DNA of 64,000 nt from Candidatus Binatia bacterium (GCA_963666515.2 OY762897.2:96001-160000); one strand, 5' to 3'; shown: positions 11,003 to 21,680, numbered from the stretch's first letter. Translations and numbers: made by a program. Notes: generated by a model not told the origin, from the sequence alone.

Positions 11003-11801
11003 GGGAACGATCCATCAATGCCTTTTCCTGGCCGCCGTCGATCTCGATCATGGTGCCGTTGACGAAATGCATGAGCGGGGAGGCCAGCATGACCACGAGG
11101 TTGGCCACTTCGGACGTTTCGGCAATGCGTCCCAGGGGGATCGAGCGGGGCGCCAATTGGTCGGCTTCCTCGTAGCTCAGGCGCATGTCGCGGGACATGG
11201 CCTGCACCAGGCCGGTCCAGCGTTCGGTGCGCACCGGACCCGGATTCACCGCGGCGAAGCTGATGCCGTACTTGCCGTACTGGCTCGCTAGCGACTTCGT
11301 CAGGTTCTGGCCGGCGGCGTTGGCCGCGCCCGGCGCCACCTCCCAGTAGGACGTCTTGACGCCGTCGTTGCCGATGAGGTTCACGACGCGTCCGCCGCCC
11401 TGCTCGCGCATGATCGGGAGCGCGTAGCGCATGCAGCGGACGTACCCCATGAACTTGAGCTGCAACGCCAGCGCCCAGTCGTCCTCGGTCAGGTTCTCGA
11501 TGACCCCGCCCGGCGCCGCCCCCGCGTTGTTCACCAGGATGTCGATGCGCCCCAGCGCCTCGGCCGCGACGTGGATGAACCGGTGGGCGGCGTCATCGTT
11601 GGTCAGGTCCGCCGGAATCGGGACGATCTTGCGGCCGGTGGCCTTTGCCACCGCGGCCGCGGTCTCTTCCAGCGGCCCCGCCCGCCGCGCGCACGTGGCC
11701 ACGTCCACGCCCTCCCGCGCCAGCGCCTCCACGATGGCCTTGCCGATGCCCTCGCTGCCGCCGGTCACGACGGCCGTCTTTCCCTGAAGCTCCAGGTCCA
11801 T
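10989..11801 (-). CDS. SDR family oxidoreductase
   Basis: TGGSEGIG, LVNNAG, VNPGPVRT; catalytic YxxxK replaced by GAANA; start MDLELQGK at 11801. Confidence 0.88.
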   Translation of the reverse strand: MDLELQGKTAVVTGGSEGIGKAIVEALAREGVDVATCARRAGPLEETAAAVAKATGRKIVPIPADLTNDDAAHRFIHVAAEALGRIDILVNNAGAAPGGVIENLTEDDWALALQLKFMGYVRCMRYALPIMREQGGGRVVNLIGNDGVKTSYWEVAPGAANAAGQNLTKSLASQYGKYGISFAAVNPGPVRTERWTGLVQAMSRDMRLSYEEADQLAPRSIPLGRIAETSEVANLVVMLASPLMHFVNGTMIEIDGGQEKALMDRSRDRD

Positions 11802-11875
11802 TTCATGTTCTCCCTGCTGATGAGTCGCCGCGGGCCGGGTTGCGGCTCCATGCGCGGCGGTCTCGAAAACCGTCG

Positions 11876-13426
11876 CTATGCGTCGTCCCGACTTTTCTCC
11901 GATGACGCGGGATCTTCCGTGTTCTCTCCCGCGGCGAACAGGTCGCGGTACCGCTCCCGCAGCCCCGCCTTGGCCACCTTGCCGAGTTCGTTGCGCGGGA
12001 TCGACTCCACGGCAAGTATCCGCTTCGGCACCTTGTACGCCGCCAGTTCCGTCTTGAGATAGCCGATGCACGCGCTTTCGTCGAACGGTGCGGGGGCCGA
12101 AGACTCCACTACCGCCACCACGGCTTCCCCGAAGTCCGGATGGGGCACGCCGAAGACCGCGGAGCCGGCAACGGCGCCGGACCGGTCCAGGGCGTCTTCC
12201 ACCTCCTTGGGGTAGACGTTCAGCCCGCCGGATATCACCACGTCCGTCTCCCGCCCCAGGATGCGGATGCACCCGGCGGCGTCGATCTCGGCCACGTCGC
12301 CGGTCACGAACCAGCCGTCATCGGTGAACGCCTGCTCCTCGGGCCGGTTCCAGTAGCCGGCGAAGACATTGTGCCCGCGGGTCTCCAGGACGCCGGCGGC
12401 GCCGCGTTCGTATCGCCCGTCGTCGTTGGCCACCCTGACCCGCACGCCCGGCAGCGGCCAGCCCACCCAGCCGCGCCGGCCGGCCGTGCCGGGCGGGACC
12501 GCGGTGATGATGGCTGCCTCGGTGGTGCCGTAGCGTTCGATGATCTCCATGCCCGTGACCTGCCGGAACCGCTGCGCGATGTCCGGCGGCAGCGGCGCCG
12601 AGCCGGAGATGGCCAGGCGGAACGCGCCCCTGGCCGCGGCGGCAAGACCCGGCTCCTTCAGCAGCCGCCCGTAGTGCGTTGGCACCCCCATCATGACGGT
12701 GCAGCGAGGCAACTCGCGCAGCACGTTCTCGGCCTCGAACCGGGCGAGAAAGCAGACGGCGCCGCCGGCCGCGAGCATGACGTTGATGGCGGTCAGAAGC
12801 CCGTGTGCGTGATAGGCCGGGAGCGCGTGCATCAGGACGTCCTTCCGGTCCAGTTGCCAGACCCTCACCAGCGCCCCGGCGCTGGCCGCCAGGTTGCCGT
12901 GGGTGATCAGGGCTCCCTTGGGGCGGCCGGTGGTGCCGGAGGTGTAGAGCAGGGCCGCCGGCGCTTCCTCCGGCAGCTCCGCGGTGTCCGGCACGGCGTC
13001 GGAAGCGCGCGCCAGTTCGGCAAAGGAACCTAGGTCCCCGCGAAGGCTCTCCATCCGAAAACCCTCGCGGGCGGCCGTGGCTCCAAAGGTTGCGGCTTCG
13101 TCGGGGTCGCAGACGAACAGAACGGGTCGCGCGTCCGCCAAGAGCTCCTCCACCTCGCGCGGCGTGTAGGCCGTGTTCATGGGGTGAAGGATGGCTCCCG
13201 TCTTGAAGCAGGCATGGGCGAGGAACACGGCCTCGACGCATTTCACGACCCGGACCGAGACCCGGTCCCCCGCCTTGACGCCGCAGGCTGCCAGGGCGGC
13301 TGCGGCCCTGTCGATGGCCGTCAAAGCCTCGCCAGTGGACAGGGAAGGGCCATCCGGCACCACGAAGGCCGGGTCGAGACTCGCACGGTGGCCGTACAGG
13401 GCGTGAATGAGATTGCCGCTCGTCAT
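11876..13426 (-). CDS. Acyl-CoA synthetase, malonyl-CoA synthetase (MatB)-like
   Basis: YTSGTTGRPKG, HALP.YHAHGL, ERYGTTE, GWFVTGD, FGVPHPDFGEAV. Confidence 0.85.
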   Translation of the reverse strand: MTSGNLIHALYGHRASLDPAFVVPDGPSLSTGEALTAIDRAAAALAACGVKAGDRVSVRVVKCVEAVFLAHACFKTGAILHPMNTAYTPREVEELLADARPVLFVCDPDEAATFGATAAREGFRMESLRGDLGSFAELARASDAVPDTAELPEEAPAALLYTSGTTGRPKGALITHGNLAASAGALVRVWQLDRKDVLMHALPAYHAHGLLTAINVMLAAGGAVCFLARFEAENVLRELPRCTVMMGVPTHYGRLLKEPGLAAAARGAFRLAISGSAPLPPDIAQRFRQVTGMEIIERYGTTEAAIITAVPPGTAGRRGWVGWPLPGVRVRVANDDGRYERGAAGVLETRGHNVFAGYWNRPEEQAFTDDGWFVTGDVAEIDAAGCIRILGRETDVVISGGLNVYPKEVEDALDRSGAVAGSAVFGVPHPDFGEAVVAVVESSAPAPFDESACIGYLKTELAAYKVPKRILAVESIPRNELGKVAKAGLRERYRDLFAAGENTEDPASSEKSRDDA

Positions 13427-13501
13427 GGTCGGCTCGCTAAAGAAAGTAATTGACCGGTCGATCTATGAATAGTAGATTCTACTCGAACGGAAGGAAGCGT
13501 C

Positions 13502-13942
13502 ATGGAGGCACTGAAAGAATACGCAGGCGTGGTGACGGCCCTGGTGACCGCCCTGGTTACGGTGATGGCGGCCCTCGGCGCACTGGGCTTGTGGGCCATC
13601 AATGCCCAGGTCACGCCCGAGATCAACCGGCTGGAAGGGCGGATCGACGGGAACCAGTTGCTGCTTAGACAGATCGACCGCAAGATCGACGGCCTGAATG
13701 CAAGGTTCGAAGGCATTGATGGGAAGTTTGAAGACATTGATGCGAGGTTCGGAGCGATCGATGCGAAGTTCGAAGCGATTGACGCGAGGTTCGACACCAT
13801 CGACGCGAGGTTCGAAGCCATTGACGGCAGGTTCGAGGCCGTTGATGCCAGGTTCGGGCGCATCGACGGCGAGTTGAAGACCATCCGCAACGACATCAAG
13901 ACCATTCTGTTGAGGCTTCCAAACAAGGCAGCGGCTCCATAG
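13502..13942 (+). CDS. Small membrane-anchored coiled-coil protein with heptad repeats
   Basis: Hydrophobic N-terminal helix followed by 8 heptads (R/K)-F-x-x-(I/V)-D-x; GGAAGGAAG RBS. Confidence 0.75.
   Translation: MEALKEYAGVVTALVTALVTVMAALGALGLWAINAQVTPEINRLEGRIDGNQLLLRQIDRKIDGLNARFEGIDGKFEDIDARFGAIDAKFEAIDARFDTIDARFEAIDGRFEAVDARFGRIDGELKTIRNDIKTILLRLPNKAAAP
13703..13870 (+). repeat. Eight degenerate 21-bp coding tandem repeats
   Basis: Units such as AGGTTCGAAGCCATTGACGGC and AAGTTCGAAGCGATTGACGCG in exact 21-nt register. Confidence 0.85.
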
Positions 13943-13947
13943 GCCGG

Positions 13948-14742
13948 TCAGTGGCCCCGGAACTCGGGCTTGCGCTTTTCCCCGAACGCCGACAGGCCCT
14001 CGGCATAGTCCGTGCTGGCATCGGCGTCGAGGGCCCGCCGGCGGAGCGCTTCGCTGCCGCCGTCCTCCCCCCGCGCCAGGGCGTCGAGCGCGGCCTTGGC
14101 CGCGGCCACGGTCAACGGCGCGTTCCCGGCCATGGCGCGGGCCAAGCGCCGGCCTTCCTCGATCACGGCCCCGGGCTTGACCAGGCGATGTACGACCCCC
14201 TGGGCGTGGGCTTGGCGCGCCTCGCACCGCTGGGCGCCCAGGAGCAGTCCGTGCGCCGCGGAGTCCCCGAACACCCGCACGAAGCGGGCGATGCCGCGGG
14301 GGTCGTAGCCCAGTCCCAGGCGCGCCGCGGGCACCATGAAGTAGGCGTCGTCCGCGGCGATCCGGAGGTCGCAGGCGCAGGCGAGCGACGCTCCGGCGCC
14401 GACGCAGGGGCCGGCGATGCAGGCGAGGGTCGGCTGCGGCACCGCCTCAAGGGCGCGCAGGGCGCTCTCCACCAAGTCGTCGTATTCGCGGGTGGCGCCG
14501 GGCGCCCGGAGCACGGCGAACTCCCGGATATCGGCGCCGGAGGAGAACACCGTCTCGTCGCCGGCCAGGAGGATCACCCGCACGGCGCGGTCGTGGGCGA
14601 CGCCCTTGGCGAAGCGCCGCAGTTCCGTCCACATGGCCGAAGAAAGAGCGTTACGGCTATCGCCGCTGCAAAGCCGCAGCTCGGCAATGCCTCCGGCTGC
14701 GGAGAGCCGCATGGCTCCCGCGGCCAACGCCTCGCCGCTCAC
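13948..14742 (-). CDS. Enoyl-CoA hydratase/isomerase (crotonase) family protein
   Basis: FSSGADIREF, CVGAGASLACACDLRIA, DYAEGLSAFGEKRKPEFRG; the GTG start overlaps the upstream stop. Confidence 0.88.
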   Translation of the reverse strand: MSGEALAAGAMRLSAAGGIAELRLCSGDSRNALSSAMWTELRRFAKGVAHDRAVRVILLAGDETVFSSGADIREFAVLRAPGATREYDDLVESALRALEAVPQPTLACIAGPCVGAGASLACACDLRIAADDAYFMVPAARLGLGYDPRGIARFVRVFGDSAAHGLLLGAQRCEARQAHAQGVVHRLVKPGAVIEEGRRLARAMAGNAPLTVAAAKAALDALARGEDGGSEALRRRALDADASTDYAEGLSAFGEKRKPEFRGH

Positions 14743-15593
14743 CCCTCCCTCCGATGCGCCATCCAGGCGCCGTCGGCGACGGCGCGGAACAGCTCCGCCA
14801 GCGCTGCGTTGACCGCCGCGGGCTCTTCCAGCGTCAGCGTATGGCCCGAGCGCGGGATCACTACCAAGGCCGCCATGGGCGCGGTGCGCTTGAGGAACAG
14901 GCTGCCGTCCAGGCACGGGTCGTCCTCGTCGCCGACGATGACGAGCAACGGGACTTCGAGCCGCGACAACGGCTGCTCCATATCCCACAGGGTGGGGCGC
15001 CGGCCCTGGACCTGCGACATGGTGAGCGCCAGTCCCGTGGCGGAATGGTCGGCGAGGGTCTTCTCGAACTCGGCGAAGCCGCGCGGGTCCTTGGCCTCGA
15101 AGGCCTTGCGCATGGGGTAGCGGGCGTACTTGGCCGCCGCCTCGGCCATGGGCTCTTCCCGGAACATGCGGGCGATGTCCTCGCACATGGCGGCCCGCTC
15201 CTCGCGTTCGTCCGGGTTCGACCCCCAGCCGCAGCCGATGGCGGCCACGGACAGGCACCGTCCGAGGTGTTGGATGGCCACGTGCAGCGCGGTATAGGCG
15301 CCCATGGAATGTCCGACGATGTGGGCTTTCTCGAGTCCGAGACCGTCGAGCACCGCCACGACGTCGTCGCGGGCGGTGTCCTGGCCGTACGCTTCGGGCT
15401 TCTCGGGAACGTCGGACGGCAGGTAGCCGCGGGCGTCGAAGGCGATGCAGCGGTGGGAGCGCGAGAAGTACCTCACCTGGGGCTCGAAGCTTCGATGGTC
15501 GCCGGCGAATTCGTGGACGAACACGATGGGGACGCCCCGCCCGGACTCCTCGTAGTGGAGCCGGGTTCCGTCGGATGCGGTGATGCTCGGCAA
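14739..15593 (-). CDS. Alpha/beta hydrolase
   Basis: FVHEFAGD, GHSMG, GDED, SGHTLTLEEP; TTG start after AGGAG. Confidence 0.88.
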   Translation of the reverse strand: MPSITASDGTRLHYEESGRGVPIVFVHEFAGDHRSFEPQVRYFSRSHRCIAFDARGYLPSDVPEKPEAYGQDTARDDVVAVLDGLGLEKAHIVGHSMGAYTALHVAIQHLGRCLSVAAIGCGWGSNPDEREERAAMCEDIARMFREEPMAEAAAKYARYPMRKAFEAKDPRGFAEFEKTLADHSATGLALTMSQVQGRRPTLWDMEQPLSRLEVPLLVIVGDEDDPCLDGSLFLKRTAPMAALVVIPRSGHTLTLEEPAAVNAALAELFRAVADGAWMAHRREG

Positions 15594-15613
15594 GAAAGCG
15601 CTCCTGTATCTTC

Positions 15614-16015
15614 CTATCCCAGTTCTTTCCGGTGCAGGCTGAGCAGCACCGCCGAGCCCAGTGACACCCCCACCGCGACCAGGGAGTACATCACCGCCAG
15701 CACGACGTCGGCGCCCGATGGCGGCGGGTTGTTGCTCCAGTACAGGAACAGGTTCACGACGACGTAGAGGGCGTAGGCGTGCGCCATGCCGACGACAAAG
15801 CGTTTCATGCGCCAAAGGCCGAGGCCGTAGACCACCAGATAGGCGCCGAACACGAGGCTCCACAACACGGCGTCACCGCCCGTCAGGCGGTTCCCGAACA
15901 GGACGAAACCGCTGTGCTCGCTCAACTGAAGGGGCTTGGCGAAGTTGGAGATCGCCAGCAGCCAGAAGCAGATCGCGAGCCCGCGAAAGATTCGGTCCGG
16001 TCGTGTCCCGGTCAT
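15614..16015 (-). CDS. Small integral membrane protein (about 4 TM helices), function unknown
   Basis: 133-aa hydrophobic ORF after an AGGAGG RBS, co-oriented with its neighbours. Confidence 0.7.
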   Translation of the reverse strand: MTGTRPDRIFRGLAICFWLLAISNFAKPLQLSEHSGFVLFGNRLTGGDAVLWSLVFGAYLVVYGLGLWRMKRFVVGMAHAYALYVVVNLFLYWSNNPPPSGADVVLAVMYSLVAVGVSLGSAVLLSLHRKELG

Positions 16016-16110
16016 GGTTGTCCTCCTTCTCCGACGGCGACGGGATCCTGCGCATCTTAGCACACGTCCCCGCGGGACAGGACACCGGGAGCCCTGACGG
16101 CCGCCGCCGG

Positions 16111-18639
16111 TCAGACCTCGCGCAGGACGGTGGCAGGGGGCGTCCGCACGAGCTTGCGGGTGCCGAGGTAGCCGACCGCGGCCACCATCAGAATGCCGAA
16201 CAGCGGCCCCACCGCCCAGATCTGCGGATGCAGGCTCGTGGGGAGATCGAAGACGAAACGGTTCAGCGTGAACGTGGTGATTTCCGCGCCGACGACGGCC
16301 ACGGCGCCGGCGAACGCGCCCAGCGCCGCGAACTCCGCCACCAGCGCGCCGGTGATGAGCCGGCGCGTCCCGCCCAGGGCGCGCAGCAGCGCCAGCTCCC
16401 TCAGGCGCTGGTCCCGGCTCGACTGAATCGACGCGATCAGCACCAGCAGTCCCGCGCACAGCACCAGAGCCAGCACCAGCTCGACGGCCTGGGCGACCCG
16501 GGCGATGATGCGGCGCAGGTGCATGATGATCTGGTCCACGTCGATGACCGAGACGGTGGGATGGCGGGACAGCATCTCGTTCAGGAACGGCTTCCGTTCC
16601 GGCGGCAGGTAGAAGCTGGTCATGTAGGTGGCGGGCTGGCCGTCCAGGGCGCCCGGCGACAGGATGATGAAGAAGTTGGGCTGCAGGCTGTCCCACGCCA
16701 CGCGCCGGGTGTTGGTGACGGTGGCGGTGAGCGGCAGGCCGCCGACGTCGAAGGTCAGGGAGTCTCCCAGCGCCAGCCCGAGGGCGGCGGCATAGTCCTC
16801 CTCCAGCGACGCCGACGGCGCGGCGCCCGCGGACCACCACTCACCCTCCACCACGACGTTGCTATCGGGCAGGTCCGCCAGGAACGTGAGGTTGCGCTCG
16901 CGCCGGATTCCGGGACGGCCCCGTCCGCCCGGCCCGTCGCGCTCGTTGCCGACTTCCTCCCGGCGCACGCGGCGTTGCCGCTGCCACGCCGCGGCGTCGG
17001 TTCCGTTCACCGCGGTGATGCGCCCGCGGATCATGGGGAACATCCGGCCGTCGTAGCCGGCGCGGGCCTTCAACATGCCTTCGACGGCGCCCACCTCGCC
17101 CGGCGCCACGTTCATCACGAAGTGGTTGGGCGCCCGTTCCGGTATCCGCGCCTTCCATTCGTCGATGAGCGCCGTGCGCACCAGCAGCATGATGAGCAGC
17201 AGCATGACGGCCACGCCGAAGATCACGATCTGCCCCACGTTCTCGCGGTGGCGGCGGTGCAGGCCGGCCAGAGCCAGCCGCCACACGTTGCCGGCCTGCA
17301 TGCCCAGGGCGCGTCCGCCGCGCAGCAGGACCAGCGCCAGTCCGGCGAACACGCTGACCGTGACGGCCGCGCCCGCCAGCGCCCAGGCCGTGAGCGACGC
17401 GTTGCCGCTGTACCAGACCAGGAGCGTCAGGCCGCCGACAGCCGCGCAGCCGTAGGTCAGCGCCGAAGCCGTGCCCGGCGTCAGGTCCCGGCGGATGACG
17501 CGCATGGGCGAGACCGCGCGCAGGCCCAGCAGCGGCGGCAGGCCGAACGCGAGCACGCAGATGAAGCCGGTCGCCACGCCGACCCAGACCGGCCGCGCTC
17601 CCGGCAGCGGCAACGACACCGGCAGGAAGCCCTGGAGCGCGGCGATGATGCCGAGATGGGCCAGGGCGCCGAGGGCCAGGCCGGCGACGGCCCCCGCCAC
17701 GCCGACGACCAGGAGCACGAGGGTGTAGCCCCACTGGATCTCCGCCGGCGTGGCGCCCAGGGTCTTCAGCACCGCCACGTGGTCGTAGTGGCGGCGCGCG
17801 TAGCGGTGGGCGCTGAGCGCCACGGCGACGCCCGCCAACAGCACCGTCAGCAGGCCGCCGAGCAGCAGGAAGCTCTCGGCGCGCTCCAGGGCGCTGTCGA
17901 TGCGCGCGTTGGCCGCGCGCACGTCGCGCCAGCGGTAGCCGGGCGCCAGCTCGTCACGGATGGCGTCGTGGAGGGAGCGCAGCCCGTCGTCGCCGCCCGC
18001 CAACTGGAGGCGGTAGCGGATGCGGCTGCCGGGCTGGATCAGCCGCGTGGCCGGGATATCCTCCGCGCGCATCAGGAGCCGCGGCGCGAATCCCAGGAAA
18101 CCGCCGCTACGGTCCGGTTCCGACGCCAGCACCGCGGCCACGGTGAACTGCGCGTAGCCGACCGCGACCGCGTCGCCGACCTTGACGCCCAGGGCGGGAA
18201 ACAGGCGCGAGTCCAGCCAGACCTCGCCCCGTCCGGGCAGAGCGTCGGTGCGCCGGCCGCGCCCGAACGGCTCGTCCGCGACCCGCAGCGTGCCGCGCAG
18301 GGGATAGCCCGGCGTTACCGCCTTGAGGCTGGCCAACTGGCTGCGGTCGGTGGCGTCCGCGGACACCATGGACGGGAAACGGATGACGTCGGCCAGGGCG
18401 AGCCCGCGCGCCGCGGCCAGCTCGCGGAAGCGTTGCGGAATGGCCCGCGAGGAGTCGATGACGCGGTCCGCGCCCAGGAGGGTCGCCGACTCCGCCACCA
18501 GCGCCCGCTGCAGGCGGTCGACGAACAGGCTGACGGCCGTCACCGCGCCCACCGCCAACAGAAGCGCGACGAGCAGCAGGCGCAGCTCCCCCGCGCGCCA
18601 GTCGCGTATCGCCAGCCGCAGCGCCAGCGACAGGGTCAC
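16111..18639 (-). CDS. ybbP: ABC transporter permease, YbbP/FtsX-like
   Basis: RDWRAGELRLL N-terminus, two FtsX-type TM blocks, WDSLQPNFF; ybbP-ybbA-tesA synteny. Confidence 0.88.
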   Translation of the reverse strand: MTLSLALRLAIRDWRAGELRLLLVALLLAVGAVTAVSLFVDRLQRALVAESATLLGADRVIDSSRAIPQRFRELAAARGLALADVIRFPSMVSADATDRSQLASLKAVTPGYPLRGTLRVADEPFGRGRRTDALPGRGEVWLDSRLFPALGVKVGDAVAVGYAQFTVAAVLASEPDRSGGFLGFAPRLLMRAEDIPATRLIQPGSRIRYRLQLAGGDDGLRSLHDAIRDELAPGYRWRDVRAANARIDSALERAESFLLLGGLLTVLLAGVAVALSAHRYARRHYDHVAVLKTLGATPAEIQWGYTLVLLVVGVAGAVAGLALGALAHLGIIAALQGFLPVSLPLPGARPVWVGVATGFICVLAFGLPPLLGLRAVSPMRVIRRDLTPGTASALTYGCAAVGGLTLLVWYSGNASLTAWALAGAAVTVSVFAGLALVLLRGGRALGMQAGNVWRLALAGLHRRHRENVGQIVIFGVAVMLLLIMLLVRTALIDEWKARIPERAPNHFVMNVAPGEVGAVEGMLKARAGYDGRMFPMIRGRITAVNGTDAAAWQRQRRVRREEVGNERDGPGGRGRPGIRRERNLTFLADLPDSNVVVEGEWWSAGAAPSASLEEDYAAALGLALGDSLTFDVGGLPLTATVTNTRRVAWDSLQPNFFIILSPGALDGQPATYMTSFYLPPERKPFLNEMLSRHPTVSVIDVDQIIMHLRRIIARVAQAVELVLALVLCAGLLVLIASIQSSRDQRLRELALLRALGGTRRLITGALVAEFAALGAFAGAVAVVGAEITTFTLNRFVFDLPTSLHPQIWAVGPLFGILMVAAVGYLGTRKLVRTPPATVLREV

Positions 18640-18709
18640 GGCGCGGGCTCCCGCCGCGGTTGCATCCGGCTCCTTCCGCCTGAGGCGGGCATCGGCGGGA
18701 ACCTCCGCG

Positions 18710-19390
<681 letters not shown>

Positions 19391-19406
19391 GAGGCTGCGT
19401 CCTGAC

Positions 19407-20072
19407 ATGAAGCGTCTCTTGATTGGACGGCGGCGGGTTTCCCTGAAGGGTCTGTTGCGAGGTTTCCTGCTGATGGCCGCGCTCTTTGCGGGCGGCGGGG
19501 CGCCGGCGGCGGACGCCGGCAAGACCGTGCTGGTCTTGGGAAACAGTATCAGTGCCGCTTACGGACTTCAAACACAGGCCGGCGAGCCCGGCTGGGTGCA
19601 ACTGCTGCAGGAGCGCCTGGGACCGCGCCACCGCGTGGTCAACGCGAGCATCAGCGGCGACACCACCGCGGGCGGCCTGGCGCGTCTTCCCAGGACCCTG
19701 GCGCTGCACAAGCCCGACATCGTCGTCATCGAGCTGGGCGGCAACGACGGCCTGCGCGGCTACCCCGTGGCGTCCATCCGCGCCAACCTTTTGGCCATGA
19801 CCCGCGCCGTCCTCGCCGCCGGCGCCAAGCCCGTGCTCGCCGGCATGCAGATGACCCCCAACCTGGGGCCGCGCTACACGAAGGCCTTCAGCCGCATGTA
19901 CCCCGACGTCGCCGCCGAGACCGGCGCCGCGCTGGTGCCCTTCATCCTCGACGGCGTCGCCCTGGACGAGAAGCTCATGCAGCACGACGGCATCCATCCC
20001 AACGCCAAGGCCCAACCGGTGCTGCTGGACAACGTCTGGCCGGTGCTGGAGCCGTTGCTGAAAGGGGATTGA
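19407..20072 (+). CDS. tesA: Arylesterase/acyl-CoA thioesterase I (SGNH/GDSL)
   Basis: LGNSIS (variant of GDSL), NASISGDTT, ELGGNDGLRG, DGIHPN; divergent from ybbA; start uncertain. Confidence 0.88.
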   Translation: MKRLLIGRRRVSLKGLLRGFLLMAALFAGGGAPAADAGKTVLVLGNSISAAYGLQTQAGEPGWVQLLQERLGPRHRVVNASISGDTTAGGLARLPRTLALHKPDIVVIELGGNDGLRGYPVASIRANLLAMTRAVLAAGAKPVLAGMQMTPNLGPRYTKAFSRMYPDVAAETGAALVPFILDGVALDEKLMQHDGIHPNAKAQPVLLDNVWPVLEPLLKGD

Positions 20073-20085
20073 GGGGTTGAGGGCC

Positions 20086-20565
20086 ATGACCAAAGTACAC
20101 GTGCGATCGGCAACTTTGGCGGACGCGGAGCGCATCGTAGCGTTCCAGCAGGCGATGGCGCTGGAGACCGAGGGCAAGAAGCTGGATGCCACAACGTTGC
20201 GGCAGGGCGTGGCCGGCGTGTTCGATGCGCCGGAGAAGGGCTTCTACCTCGTGGCGGTCGCGGACAGCGCCGAAGGCAGCGCCGTTCCGGTAGTGGGAAG
20301 CCTGCTCATCACCCATGAGTGGAGCGATTGGCGCAACGCCACGTTCTGGTGGATCCAAAGTGTTTACGTGGAAGCCGGCTGGCGGCGTCAGGGCGTCTAT
20401 CGCGCGATGTATGACCACGTGTTGAGCCTTGCGCGCACCCGCGGCGACGTCTGCGGCATACGGCTCTATGTGGAGCGCACCAACGCCATCGCCCAAAAGA
20501 CCTACGACAGTCTGGGCATGCACAAGTCGCACTACGACCTGTACGAGGTTGACTGCACGTCATGA
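20086..20565 (+). CDS. GNAT family N-acetyltransferase
   Basis: EWSDWRN..WWIQSVYV..RRQGVY, RLYVERTN..AQKTY. Confidence 0.88.
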   Translation: MTKVHVRSATLADAERIVAFQQAMALETEGKKLDATTLRQGVAGVFDAPEKGFYLVAVADSAEGSAVPVVGSLLITHEWSDWRNATFWWIQSVYVEAGWRRQGVYRAMYDHVLSLARTRGDVCGIRLYVERTNAIAQKTYDSLGMHKSHYDLYEVDCTS

Positions 20566-20635
20566 GCGGCGTGACGGCTCTATCGGGAAGACCTGCCGTC
20601 AGGTTAGACTGCGGTTGGCGACGAGGGGTGCGTCG

Positions 20636-21157
20636 TCACGGATGATCACGGTCGGTGAAACAGGCGGCGGTCCACCATACAGGGGTCTCCAGCCCGACCT
20701 TTATGGTGCCGAAGTCGGGATGTCGGCAATTTATCACGACATTGCGCTCCATACGGGCGACGACAGACGGGACGATCAGTAGCGCACTCCGGCGCTCCTC
20801 ATACCATTGGCGCCCGAAGCGGCGGGCGGCTTCCCCGTCGGAACTAAAGCATTCGGGTAAATTCTGTGGAGTGACCACCTCGTACCGGGTACCTTTGGGT
20901 ATCGTGATTTCTACGAAGTGTTGGTTCGGTGGCGGTGTTCCATTCCAGTGAACGAGTTGTTCCAGCATGGCTGTGGAATAATTCTCGGACGCGTAGATGA
21001 CTTCGGAACCAGCTTCGTGCCATCGCGCGGATGCCAGTTTAGCCCCTTCGGGGCTCCAAATCGGGTACAGTCCTGCGGGATCACCGATACGATAGGCGCG
21101 TAGCGTGTCGGGCAGGCGTCGAGGAGTTGTCGGGAGGATGCTTTGTTTGTTTTCCAT
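20636..21157 (-). CDS. RES-domain toxin (Xre-RES type II TA), possible C-terminal frameshift
   Basis: YRI, ARWH..G..VIYASE..STAMLE, VPS, ERNVVIN..HPDF; the expected WDxRLF tail lies in a shifted frame. Confidence 0.85.
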   Translation of the reverse strand: MENKQSILPTTPRRLPDTLRAYRIGDPAGLYPIWSPEGAKLASARWHEAGSEVIYASENYSTAMLEQLVHWNGTPPPNQHFVEITIPKGTRYEVVTPQNLPECFSSDGEAARRFGRQWYEERRSALLIVPSVVARMERNVVINCRHPDFGTIKVGLETPVWWTAACFTDRDHP

Positions 21158-21201
21158 GCACCCCCCGGAAATATAAGCTGTTTAGCAGAACAGACGGTTG
21201 T

Positions 21202-21669
21202 TTAGACGGCGACCCCGGCTTCGGCCCGCCGAATGAGATTGAGGACGGCTTCGGCGCCTGCTGAACTGGACCGGGCCATGTCGAAAGGCGTCTCGCCTTC
21301 CAGCAACGGATGCGGTCGATTCAGGAACTCCTCAATGGCGTTCCGGTCACCATGGTAGGCGCGGCTCACCGCATCGACGACCCGTCCGATTTCATAGAGC
21401 CTTTCGCTGATCTCCCGTGACAGTCGCTTGTTGGCCTTGCGGGCGCGCCTTAGCGTCGCTTCGGGGACGACGGGTCCAACCACACGCTTGGTGCCGAGGA
21501 TGGCAGCCAGTGCCGTTACGGATCGCGCAGTAAAACCCCGGGAAACTCGTCTTGCAAACTGAACGTCATTCAGGTTGTCCGGTTCATCGAGATCCAAAAG
21601 ACGAGCGACCCGCGTTACCTCGCTCCCGGAAAGGCCTGCTGTCAAGTAGGATTGGGCTTGGGGTTTCAT
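21202..21669 (-). CDS. Xre/MbcA/ParS antitoxin
   Basis: TLRRAR..LSREISERLY HTH plus a DUF2384-like C-terminus FLNRPHPLLEGETP; directly upstream of the RES gene. Confidence 0.88.
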   Translation of the reverse strand: MKPQAQSYLTAGLSGSEVTRVARLLDLDEPDNLNDVQFARRVSRGFTARSVTALAAILGTKRVVGPVVPEATLRRARKANKRLSREISERLYEIGRVVDAVSRAYHGDRNAIEEFLNRPHPLLEGETPFDMARSSSAGAEAVLNLIRRAEAGVAV

Positions 21670-21680
21670 GGAGCGTCTCC

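Noticed and set aside
13703-13870. Second CRISPR array or DGR-type repeat
   Set aside because: The units are contiguous 21-mers with no spacers, vary mainly in a codon-preserving way, and no reverse transcriptase is present.
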